DNA of 45,817 nucleotides, from the IMG/VR virus record IMGVR_UViG_3300045520_000024; one strand, given 5' to 3'. Numbering within the stretch: position 1 is the stretch's first letter; every line of letters begins with the position of its first letter. Under the pieces are notes generated by a model. That model made no database searches, was not told the DNA's origin, and saw only the letters and a program-made list of their open reading frames with translations. Below, piece by piece: positions 36,222 to 43,780 of the stretch. The DNA is from a virus. The position numbers and the translations under genes were made by a program.

Positions 36222-36286
36222 TTTTCGTATCTTTTTTAGAAACGATGATAAAATTAAGTTGCGAAATAAGTAACGGAGGTGTTTTA

Positions 36287-36658
36287 ATGAACGATTTAAT
36301 TAGAAGAATAATTAATTTAAGAGAGTCTAATGATTGGTCACAAGCCGAATTAGCAAGGCGTTTAGGTGTTGAGAAGTCTGTCATGAATAAAATAGAAAAC
36401 GGAACAAGAAAAGTTTCCTCTGATGAGTTAATAAAATTATCTGAGTTGTTTTCTGTAACTACAGATTTCTTGCTTGGTAAAAATTCAACACCCGACTGGG
36501 CAACGCAAGATGATTTAATTCAATTAGAAGATATGCTTAAATCAAATGTGCCTATGGCTTATAACGGTGTTGAGTTGAATGAAGAAGATAAAGAAAGAAT
36601 TAATGCAGTTCTTACTCAAGTTTTCTGGGAACGGTTAAAGGAACAAAAAGAAAAATAA
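36287..36658 (+). CDS. cI-like XRE-family repressor
   Basis: HTH WSQAELARRLGVEKSVMNKIENGTRKVS and RBS aacggagg. Confidence 0.8.
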   Translation: MNDLIRRIINLRESNDWSQAELARRLGVEKSVMNKIENGTRKVSSDELIKLSELFSVTTDFLLGKNSTPDWATQDDLIQLEDMLKSNVPMAYNGVELNEEDKERINAVLTQVFWERLKEQKEK

Positions 36659-36670
36659 GTGGTGATGTAA

Positions 36671-37102
36671 TTGTATGAAGAAAGATTGATGAATAGACTC
36701 GCTCCTATCTATAATAGAGCGAAAACATTCAATCCTTTCCTGATAGCCGAAAGCGAAGGAATTGAATACAAGTACGTTGATGCATCATCTGAGTTTGAAG
36801 GACAAACGTCGAATGTGATTGGGAAACCATTGATTGTTTTAAATTCAAACTTAATTGATTCACCAAGAAGATTCGTTGTTATGGCTCATGAGATTTGTCA
36901 TGTATTGTTACATAACGGATTAATTAGTTATTACACATTAGGGAGTTTACAACAAAGTAAAATGGAGTATGAAGCTAACAAATTCACTTCTATCCTCTTA
37001 ATCAATTTCTTTGTTGAATATACTGGGGATATGCCTGAGAGTTTTCAGGCGATGCAAAATGAATTTATGTTGGAAGATGAGTATGAGAAATTTTATTTTT
37101 AA
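36671..37102 (+). CDS. immA: ImmA/IrrE-family metalloprotease (anti-repressor protease)
   Basis: HEICH zinc motif. It lies directly downstream of the repressor gene. Confidence 0.8.
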   Translation: MYEERLMNRLAPIYNRAKTFNPFLIAESEGIEYKYVDASSEFEGQTSNVIGKPLIVLNSNLIDSPRRFVVMAHEICHVLLHNGLISYYTLGSLQQSKMEYEANKFTSILLINFFVEYTGDMPESFQAMQNEFMLEDEYEKFYF

Positions 37103-37116
37103 AAGGAGTTTTGAGA

Positions 37117-37677
37117 ATGGGATTATTTGATAAAGGTATGTTTGTAAATGGTGATTTCAAAGGGTTTATCCAAGTAAACAAAAAGACTAAACAATTCAAA
37201 TTAAAAGGTATTCTATTACCACTTGAATATCAAAATTTACTTTCTTATGAATTACAAGAGAATGGTTCAACTGTTACTAAAGGTGGAATCGGTGTCGGTC
37301 GTGCTGTTGTCGGTGGTGTTCTTTTTGGTGGAGCTGGCGCTGTTTTAGGTGGGCTTTCGAAAAAGAAAACTAGCAAAGAGATTATAAATAAAATGGAAAT
37401 TCGAGTTTCTATGAAAGAATCTATCAAAAATACTTATTACGTTAAAATTTTCGATAAAAAGAAAGTTGAAAAAGGCAGTAAAGAATATGATAAATATGTA
37501 AAATATGCTCAAAATGTTTTATCCGTGTTAGACGACATCGCCAGCCAAGCACAAGAATTCCCTACCTCTCCTACTCCTGACGTTGCTACTCAGTTAAGAG
37601 AGTTTAAAGCACTACTTGATGATGGTATCATCACCCAGGAAGAGTTTGATAGGAAGAAAATGGAGTTGTTGGGATAA
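37117..37677 (+). CDS. Glycine-zipper membrane protein with C-terminal SHOCT domain
   Basis: Glycine zipper GGIGVGRAVVGGVLFGGAGAVLGGL. SHOCT-type C-terminus LREFKALLDDGIITQEEFDRKKMELLG. Confidence 0.65.
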   Translation: MGLFDKGMFVNGDFKGFIQVNKKTKQFKLKGILLPLEYQNLLSYELQENGSTVTKGGIGVGRAVVGGVLFGGAGAVLGGLSKKKTSKEIINKMEIRVSMKESIKNTYYVKIFDKKKVEKGSKEYDKYVKYAQNVLSVLDDIASQAQEFPTSPTPDVATQLREFKALLDDGIITQEEFDRKKMELLG

Positions 37678-38334
37678 ATGAAAGATAAAAAGAATATAAT
37701 CATAGCTATACTTTCTGGAATCATTATCTTAGGCATTGGTTATATGATAGGTTCTAGAACTCAAAGTAAAGAGGTTACGGATTTAACACCCCAGCCTACT
37801 ATTAATGAATCAGTAACAAGTAACTCTACAAAACAGACTACGGCATCTACATTCAAAGATGTTGAATTAACAGATAAAACGTCTGAAAACAACAGAAATT
37901 TACCAACAGAGCTTCTACCCTACTCTGATGAAGAAATTGAGTATGCTAGAGTTTGGTTAGCTGTTATGGGAGAAGATTATCTTGATAGAATTGGCAGAGA
38001 AAACTTTAATCTAAATATCTCTTTTGTAAAAAAAGGTGAGCCATTATATTTCCCTAAAAGTGAACTTAACATAAATTGGCCACAAGACACAATTTTACTT
38101 ACTGGAAACGCATCTGCTCAAGGGCAAATATTCTATTCAAGTAATTTTGATGGTTCAGTTTCAGTTTACCCTATGCCATCTCACTGGCATCAGGATCCTA
38201 AGGATTTGGCAGATGACGACTATATGACAAAATATCTAAATAGTATTTTAGCTGATAAGAAAATTGTTCCTATACCTGCAGGAAATCCTAAATTAGTTAA
38301 AGAGTTGGTGCAGTTGGAAAAAATTTATAAATAA
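37678..38334 (+). CDS. Membrane-anchored extracytoplasmic protein (superinfection-exclusion candidate)
   Basis: N-terminal TM segment IIIAILSGIIILGIGYMIGS. The start is coupled to the upstream gene (TAAATG). Confidence 0.55.
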   Translation: MKDKKNIIIAILSGIIILGIGYMIGSRTQSKEVTDLTPQPTINESVTSNSTKQTTASTFKDVELTDKTSENNRNLPTELLPYSDEEIEYARVWLAVMGEDYLDRIGRENFNLNISFVKKGEPLYFPKSELNINWPQDTILLTGNASAQGQIFYSSNFDGSVSVYPMPSHWHQDPKDLADDDYMTKYLNSILADKKIVPIPAGNPKLVKELVQLEKIYK

Positions 38335-38396
38335 GCCTTTCGAGGCTTCTCCCCTTTGCTGGGAGTAAGGTATAAAAAATAATAAGGAGGATGGAA

Positions 38397-38840
38397 ATGG
38401 ATTTAGATAATTTAAATGATGATGAAGTTAACGAACTGATTAAATCTTTAAAAAACCCATCAAAACTATTTGTTATCGATGATATTAACAATGAGTTATC
38501 ATCAATGTTTGGAAAAATAGATATTGATGAAATTGTAATCGGAATAATCGACAATATTGAATATACTCTTCATATCTTTAGGGGAAAAAGAGAATCAAAC
38601 AGGTATAGCATTAACCTAAGGTTTACTAATAAGTATCATCAACTTATCAGAATAGACATAGGTTCTAACCATACAAATCCAGATAGTACACAAATTATTG
38701 GAGACCATATTCATTTCTATAGTAACCAATACCCTAAAAGAGATCGAATTGCTTATCCAATAGATATTTCAGATTTTCCAAATGTTTCAAATATAACAGA
38801 TGCGTTTAATCAATTTACATTGTATACTAACATAAAATAG
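38397..38840 (+). CDS. Uncharacterised 147-aa protein with a His cluster (HTNPD...GDHIHFY)
   Basis: RBS aaggagg with 6-nt spacing to the ATG at 38397. It forms a pair with the next gene. Confidence 0.6.
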   Translation: MDLDNLNDDEVNELIKSLKNPSKLFVIDDINNELSSMFGKIDIDEIVIGIIDNIEYTLHIFRGKRESNRYSINLRFTNKYHQLIRIDIGSNHTNPDSTQIIGDHIHFYSNQYPKRDRIAYPIDISDFPNVSNITDAFNQFTLYTNIK

Positions 38841-38858
38841 ATAAAGGAGGAGAATGCA

Positions 38859-39656
38859 ATGAGTAAACTTCTACGACTAAAGAAACAATATTCTGATTGG
38901 ATAATGGATAGCATGAACTACACTCAACTCGATAAAGATGTTGTACGAATTGATACTCCATTCCTTGATAATGACTTTGATCATATCGTGTTATACGTTG
39001 AATTTCTAAGTAATAATCAAGTTTTAATTACTGATGATGGATATACATTAGCTAATTTAAAAAGTATTGGATTTAAAATTTCTAATCAAACTAAGAAAAG
39101 AAAAAATATTCTTACTGACATATGTGATGATTATGGAATAGAGTTTGATAGTAAGGATAATGAGTTGTTTATTAAATCTAATATGGATAAATTTCCAGTT
39201 TCAAAACATAGACTTTTACAAGCAATTCTAAAAATTAATGATTTATTCTTATTGAGGCCTAATTATGAAGCTAATTCCACTTTTGAAACTGTTTCATTGG
39301 CTTTGGATAAAGAAGAAATATTATATTCTACAAAATTTCCAGCAATCGGAAAAAGAGGAATTACATTCATCTTTGATTTTTCCATTCCAACTCGCTCCAA
39401 AAAAGACAAATTAATTAGAATTATTAATTCTCCAAATGATTTAAACTACTCTAAAGTTTTAAGTATGGACGTTAGTATGCTGCAAGGTAGTAAAGAAGCA
39501 GATTATTTTGCGATTCTAGATGATTTAAATCACGACTTAAAGAACTATTCTGAAATTAAATCAGTATACGGTGAGGTAAAAGAACAGTATAATGTCGATA
39601 TTCAGCCGATAAAAATGTCTCAATTAGATAAAAAAATAGAACTATTAAGAAACTAG
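38859..39656 (+). CDS. Uncharacterised 265-aa protein, recalled as DUF1828/DUF1829-like
   Basis: RBS aaaggagg. The N-terminal pattern VRIDTPFLDNDFDHIVLYVE...ITDDGYTL resembles my memory of DUF1828. This needs an HMM check. Confidence 0.55.
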   Translation: MSKLLRLKKQYSDWIMDSMNYTQLDKDVVRIDTPFLDNDFDHIVLYVEFLSNNQVLITDDGYTLANLKSIGFKISNQTKKRKNILTDICDDYGIEFDSKDNELFIKSNMDKFPVSKHRLLQAILKINDLFLLRPNYEANSTFETVSLALDKEEILYSTKFPAIGKRGITFIFDFSIPTRSKKDKLIRIINSPNDLNYSKVLSMDVSMLQGSKEADYFAILDDLNHDLKNYSEIKSVYGEVKEQYNVDIQPIKMSQLDKKIELLRN

Positions 39657-39679
39657 CCTCATGACGAGGCTTTTCTTTA
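39655..39679 (+). terminator. Intrinsic terminator after the cargo cassette
   Basis: Stem agcctc / gaggct is followed by a T-rich tract. Confidence 0.6.
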
Positions 39680-39798
39680 AAATAAAAAAAGAACATACAT
39701 TCGTATAAATTGCCAAATAATACGAAATAAAAGGTAAAAATATAGGTTTATCCCCTACTTTTAACCTTAAAACTGAATTTGTAAGGAGGAAATACGAA

Positions 39799-40941
39799 AT
39801 GAGAGGTTCATTACGTAAACGAGGAAACAGCTGGTATTATATTTTAGACCTAGCTAAAATAAACGGAAAGAGAAATCAAATTGAACGATACGCAGGTAAA
39901 ACTAAGACTGAGGCACAGGAAACGTTAAATAAAGTTATCCATGAATACCAGACAACCGGAACGCTACCTGTTAACAATAATATTTCAACACATGATTACC
40001 TTGAACATTGGTTTGAAAACTATGTAAAGGTTGAACTAAAACTTAACACTCAAAAGAATTATCGAGGAATGTTAGATAAACACATCCACCCAGCAATTGG
40101 TGATTACTATTTAAAGGATATTAAACCAGCTACACTACAAGAACTATTGAATCAAAAAAAAGAGGACGGCTACGCTAAACAAACATTAGCTATAATGAAA
40201 GGTATTTTTAATAAGGCTTTTTCTATGGCGGTTTATCCGTATGAATTTATAAAAACGGATCCCTCACAGTTCGTTAAAACTCCTAAATACGACCAAAAGG
40301 AATGGAAAGATAAAGGTGATTTAAAAATAATTAGTTTTGATGACTTTAAAAAGTTACAAAATACTGTACCTGCTCACTCCCCTTACTATCTAGCGATGAT
40401 GATTAGTTTTCAGACAGGATTAAGACGTGCTGAGGTATGCGGTTTGCAATGGAAAGATATTAACTTTGATGATGAAACTTTAACCGTTGAACAAATTATG
40501 ATTCAGGATGGTAAAGGCTGGTTAATGGGAACTCCTAAAACGCAATCGTCATACAGGACAATTCATATTGGCCCTTCTCTCTTATCCCTACTAAAAAAAG
40601 CTAAACTTAGACAAAAAGAAAATAAACTATTTTATAGAAATTTCTATACTGAAACAGAATTTGTTTGTACTAAAGAAAACGGTGAGCCTGTTACGTTGAA
40701 CTCAATTAAGTGGTATACAGAGAAATACCGTAAAGAAAGCGGAGTAGATTACAACTTTCATTCGTTCAGGCACACTCACGCAACTATGTTACTCGAAAAT
40801 GGAGCTAAGCCAAAAGAAATACAGGTTAGGCTAGGTCATTCAAGATTATCAACTACTATGGATACATATGCTCATGTTACTAAAAAAATGAAAAAAGAAA
40901 CCGTTGATATATTTGAGAACATATTAAGAAATGAAGCTTAA
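39799..40941 (+). CDS. int: Tyrosine recombinase integrase
   Basis: The motifs GLRRAE, HSFRHTHAT and LGHSRLSTTMDTYAH are present (R-H-R-Y catalytic set). Confidence 0.9.
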   Translation: MRGSLRKRGNSWYYILDLAKINGKRNQIERYAGKTKTEAQETLNKVIHEYQTTGTLPVNNNISTHDYLEHWFENYVKVELKLNTQKNYRGMLDKHIHPAIGDYYLKDIKPATLQELLNQKKEDGYAKQTLAIMKGIFNKAFSMAVYPYEFIKTDPSQFVKTPKYDQKEWKDKGDLKIISFDDFKKLQNTVPAHSPYYLAMMISFQTGLRRAEVCGLQWKDINFDDETLTVEQIMIQDGKGWLMGTPKTQSSYRTIHIGPSLLSLLKKAKLRQKENKLFYRNFYTETEFVCTKENGEPVTLNSIKWYTEKYRKESGVDYNFHSFRHTHATMLLENGAKPKEIQVRLGHSRLSTTMDTYAHVTKKMKKETVDIFENILRNEA

Positions 40942-40974
40942 AAAAATCCAACATTCTACTGACATTTTTAATAA

Positions 40975-40998
40975 ATGTTGGAAGAATGTTGGAAAATT
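40975..40998 (+). repeat. 24-bp direct repeat R1 (ATGTTGGAAGAATGTTGGAAAATT), arm-site candidate
   Basis: 22 of 24 bases match R2. An inverted partial copy CCAACATTCT lies at 40948-40957. Confidence 0.75.
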
Positions 40999-41224
40999 CT
41001 ATTATTCAATTATCCTCGACTCACACAAACCCTTACTACTTCTTAGGTTCATCCTCGTCCATCTTAAGAACAGCCATGAATGCCTCTTGTGATAACGGCA
41101 TTTTCAGCGTACTTCTCCTCTATTCTTAAAACTTCTAAAAGCTTCTTATATCAATCTTTCATTAGAAATAATTTCCGTTTATAACTTCTAGTAAACTCTA
41201 TTAACTTCTACGGTTTTCTGCTTT

Positions 41225-41248
41225 ATGTGGGAAGAATGTCGGAAAATT
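41225..41248 (+). repeat. 24-bp direct repeat R2 (ATGTGGGAAGAATGTCGGAAAATT)
   Basis: 22 of 24 bases match R1. Confidence 0.75.
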
Positions 41249-41259
41249 ATTTGTTCCCC

Positions 41260-41289
41260 TTGACTGATAAGAACGTTTGTTCTTATAAT
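41260..41289 (+). promoter_or_regulatory. Promoter (TTGACT...TATAAT) with an embedded LexA/Cheo box GAACGTTTGTTC
   Basis: The box is at 41271-41282, inside the palindrome ataagaacgtttgttcttat (41267-41286). Confidence 0.65.
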
Positions 41290-41319
41290 AAGAACAACAA
41301 AACAAACGGAGTGATTGCT

Positions 41320-41598
41320 ATGATAAACAACCCAACTGGAATAGTAGATAAGATTAAATTAGTTACTTCCTACCCTGATATGTTAGTAAGATTTACTTTA
41401 GTTGTTGGTGATAATACAATCAATTGTATTTGCGGTGATACTTCTATATGTAACTCGTTACTGTTCTTAGAAGATGGTAAAACTGAGGTTGCGTTGTTTG
41501 GTATTTACAATAGTAGAAAACAATTAGTCGTTAAGAAGATGTTTATCAAGAACCCTACTTCGTTTGAAAGAGTATTTGCGATGGGTGGTGCTGTTTAA
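41320..41598 (+). CDS. Small hypothetical protein upstream of the Y-family polymerase (not obviously YolD- or UmuD-like)
   Basis: RBS ggag 8 nt before the ATG at 41320. Its stop lies 1 nt before the polymerase ATG. Confidence 0.5.
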   Translation: MINNPTGIVDKIKLVTSYPDMLVRFTLVVGDNTINCICGDTSICNSLLFLEDGKTEVALFGIYNSRKQLVVKKMFIKNPTSFERVFAMGGAV

Positions 41599-41599
41599 C

Positions 41600-42919
41600 A
41601 TGTTTTCAAATGACCAATATTTCAACTATGATGATGAACCTAAAAATGACTACTTATGTATTGATATGAAGTCTTTTTATGCTTCAGTTGAATGCGTGGA
41701 GCGAGGTTTGCACCCTCTTAAAACATTGTTAGTTGTAATGAGTGGTGGAGATTCTCCTGGGGGGTTAGCTTTGGCAGCATCCCCTCTTGCAAAAAAAGAG
41801 TTGGGTATCACTAATGTAACTAGAAATTTTGAAATACCTAACCACCCTAAATTAATTAAAGCTCCTCCAAGAATGAATCTTTATATAAAAGTAAATATGA
41901 AAATAAATGATATTTTAAGACGGTATGTTGGTGATGAAGATATCTTAGTTTATTCTATTGATGAAACATTCGTTAGAATTGAAGCATCAAAGCGATTGTT
42001 TCAAATGAATGCTTACGAATTTGCACAACAATTTATGAGAGAAATTTACCACGAAACAGGCCTGTTCTGCACTATCGGAATAGGTGATAATATGCTCTTA
42101 AGTAAGTTGGCTTTAGACAATGGAGCAAAGCATAACCGTGACATGATTGCTACATGGCGTTACAAAGATGTACCCAATACCGTTTGGAAAATACCAAACA
42201 TGACTGACTTTTGGGGGATTAATAAAAGAACTCAAAAAACTTTAAATAATAAAGGGATTTATTCAATTTACGATCTAGCTCATTATGACTTCTTCCAATT
42301 AAAAGACTCCTTAGGGATTGTTGGCGCTCAATTGGTAGCTCACGCATGGGGAATCGATAGAACTGATATATCTGACAGGTATAAACCTAAATCAAAAAGC
42401 ATTGGAAACAGTCAAGTTTTAATGAAAGACTACACGAATGTCAATGAGACGAAAATAGTATTAAGAGAAATAGCTGAACAAGTTGCTACAAGACTGAGAA
42501 AACAACATTATAAAACGTCTTGTATTCATGTGGCTGTTGGTTATTCTAGACTTGAGAATGAAAAAGGATTTTCAAGGCAGATGTCAGTACCTAAAACTAA
42601 CTCATCAAAAGAGATAGTTAATTATTGTATGACTCTCTTTGATAAGTTCTATAATGGATCCACCGTGAGAAATCTTTCTGTTAATTGTTCTAAGTTAGAA
42701 TCAACTGATGTTCTGCAACTTAATTTATTTGAAAAACCTGATGAGACTATTAACAATGAAACACTTGATAATTCTATAGATACAATTAGAAATAGATTTG
42801 GTTTCGGTTCGATTGTTCATGCTAGTAGTTTATTAGATGGTGCAACAGCAATAAATAGAAGTAATTTAGTTGGTGGGCACGCTGGAGGAATGGATGGTTT
42901 AAGTAATGGATTGGGATAA
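41600..42919 (+). CDS. Y-family (UmuC/UvrX/ImpB-like) translesion DNA polymerase
   Basis: The motif YLCIDMKSFYASVECVERG and the GIGDNMLLSKLA motif are present. Length is about 440 aa. Confidence 0.85.
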   Translation: MFSNDQYFNYDDEPKNDYLCIDMKSFYASVECVERGLHPLKTLLVVMSGGDSPGGLALAASPLAKKELGITNVTRNFEIPNHPKLIKAPPRMNLYIKVNMKINDILRRYVGDEDILVYSIDETFVRIEASKRLFQMNAYEFAQQFMREIYHETGLFCTIGIGDNMLLSKLALDNGAKHNRDMIATWRYKDVPNTVWKIPNMTDFWGINKRTQKTLNNKGIYSIYDLAHYDFFQLKDSLGIVGAQLVAHAWGIDRTDISDRYKPKSKSIGNSQVLMKDYTNVNETKIVLREIAEQVATRLRKQHYKTSCIHVAVGYSRLENEKGFSRQMSVPKTNSSKEIVNYCMTLFDKFYNGSTVRNLSVNCSKLESTDVLQLNLFEKPDETINNETLDNSIDTIRNRFGFGSIVHASSLLDGATAINRSNLVGGHAGGMDGLSNGLG

Positions 42920-43130
42920 ATTGTACTGGAATGAGTTCTATAATCTAGTTGAGAAATTTGAAAACGAAGAAATAAGTCACGATGACTTTATAAGTGAATT
43001 AAATGATTATGAAGAACATGCTGTTGATGCGGTTGGTGAAGATACTTTTAATTACTGGCTGAATATTAATTCAGATTACATTGCTTTGAAGAAATTCAAT
43101 AGGAATAAAAATCAAATATTTTTATTTTAA
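42906..43130 (+). CDS. Small acidic hypothetical protein
   Basis: ORF of 74 aa that overlaps the polymerase stop. Confidence 0.5.
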   Translation: MDWDKLYWNEFYNLVEKFENEEISHDDFISELNDYEEHAVDAVGEDTFNYWLNINSDYIALKKFNRNKNQIFLF

Positions 43131-43189
43131 TTATATGTCATCCTGTATACTGTAGTTATAGTAATTCTATTTTTTAAGGAGTGATTTTT

Positions 43190-43273
43190 ATGTCTGATTT
43201 TATTAGCGATTGGATTAATGTTTCAATAGGTGGTCATGGCCGTGAGGATTTAAATTCTAGTGATAAGTTTTGA
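43190..43273 (+). CDS. 27-aa ORF in frame with the next gene, separated only by TGA
   Basis: RBS aaggag. The ORF is MSDFISDWINVSIGGHGREDLNSSDKF, then TGA, then a TTG that starts the next ORF in the same frame. Confidence 0.3.
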   Translation: MSDFISDWINVSIGGHGREDLNSSDKF

Positions 43274-43705
43274 TTGAATGCTTATAAAGTTCTTTTAGAT
43301 GAGAAAAACGATGAGTTTATTTTCTCTGGTGATTTATTATATAGAGTTCATAATAGTGGAGGACCAAAACCAAATTACAACGACTACTCTGATTATGGTT
43401 CTTATCAAGATGAATACTACAATAAAGCTTCTAATTTTTGGAAGAAGTGTAACGATGTAGATTTAATTGAATTTGATAATCATTGGGTTTCATTTACAGA
43501 TTCTATTGATGTGATAAATTCTGGTTATTTCGCAACTAAAGGTTTAAGAGGGTTTGTCATTATAATCAAACCTAAGAAAGCTATAAATATTCACCCCTTG
43601 AAAACGTTGGGATTTGATGAACGCGAAGTTGTTGCGCCTATGGATAAAACAACTCTAGTTGAGATATTACCTTTCAATGAGTTTATAAAAAAATATAAAA
43701 AATAA
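43274..43705 (+). CDS. Candidate small R-S-E-type ADP-ribosyltransferase-like protein
   Basis: LLYRVH (R24), VSFTDS (S73-S77) and DEREVVAP (E116-x-E118), with ART-like spacing of about 49 and 43 aa. Confidence 0.4.
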   Translation: MNAYKVLLDEKNDEFIFSGDLLYRVHNSGGPKPNYNDYSDYGSYQDEYYNKASNFWKKCNDVDLIEFDNHWVSFTDSIDVINSGYFATKGLRGFVIIIKPKKAINIHPLKTLGFDEREVVAPMDKTTLVEILPFNEFIKKYKK

Positions 43706-43736
43706 CCCTAGCTAGAAATTTTAACTAGGGTTTCTT
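43696..43736. terminator. Bidirectional terminator between convergent genes
   Basis: Stem ccctag / ctaggg is flanked by an A-run and a T-run. Confidence 0.6.
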
Positions 43737-43780
43737 CACGCTTTCTTTTAAAACAGGAATTACTTTTAAGATACGATGAA

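Larger units (their letters stand above)
40942..41250. other. Probable attP region
   Basis: It lies directly downstream of int and has no convincing ORF. It is flanked by 24-bp direct repeats plus an inverted copy. Confidence 0.45.
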
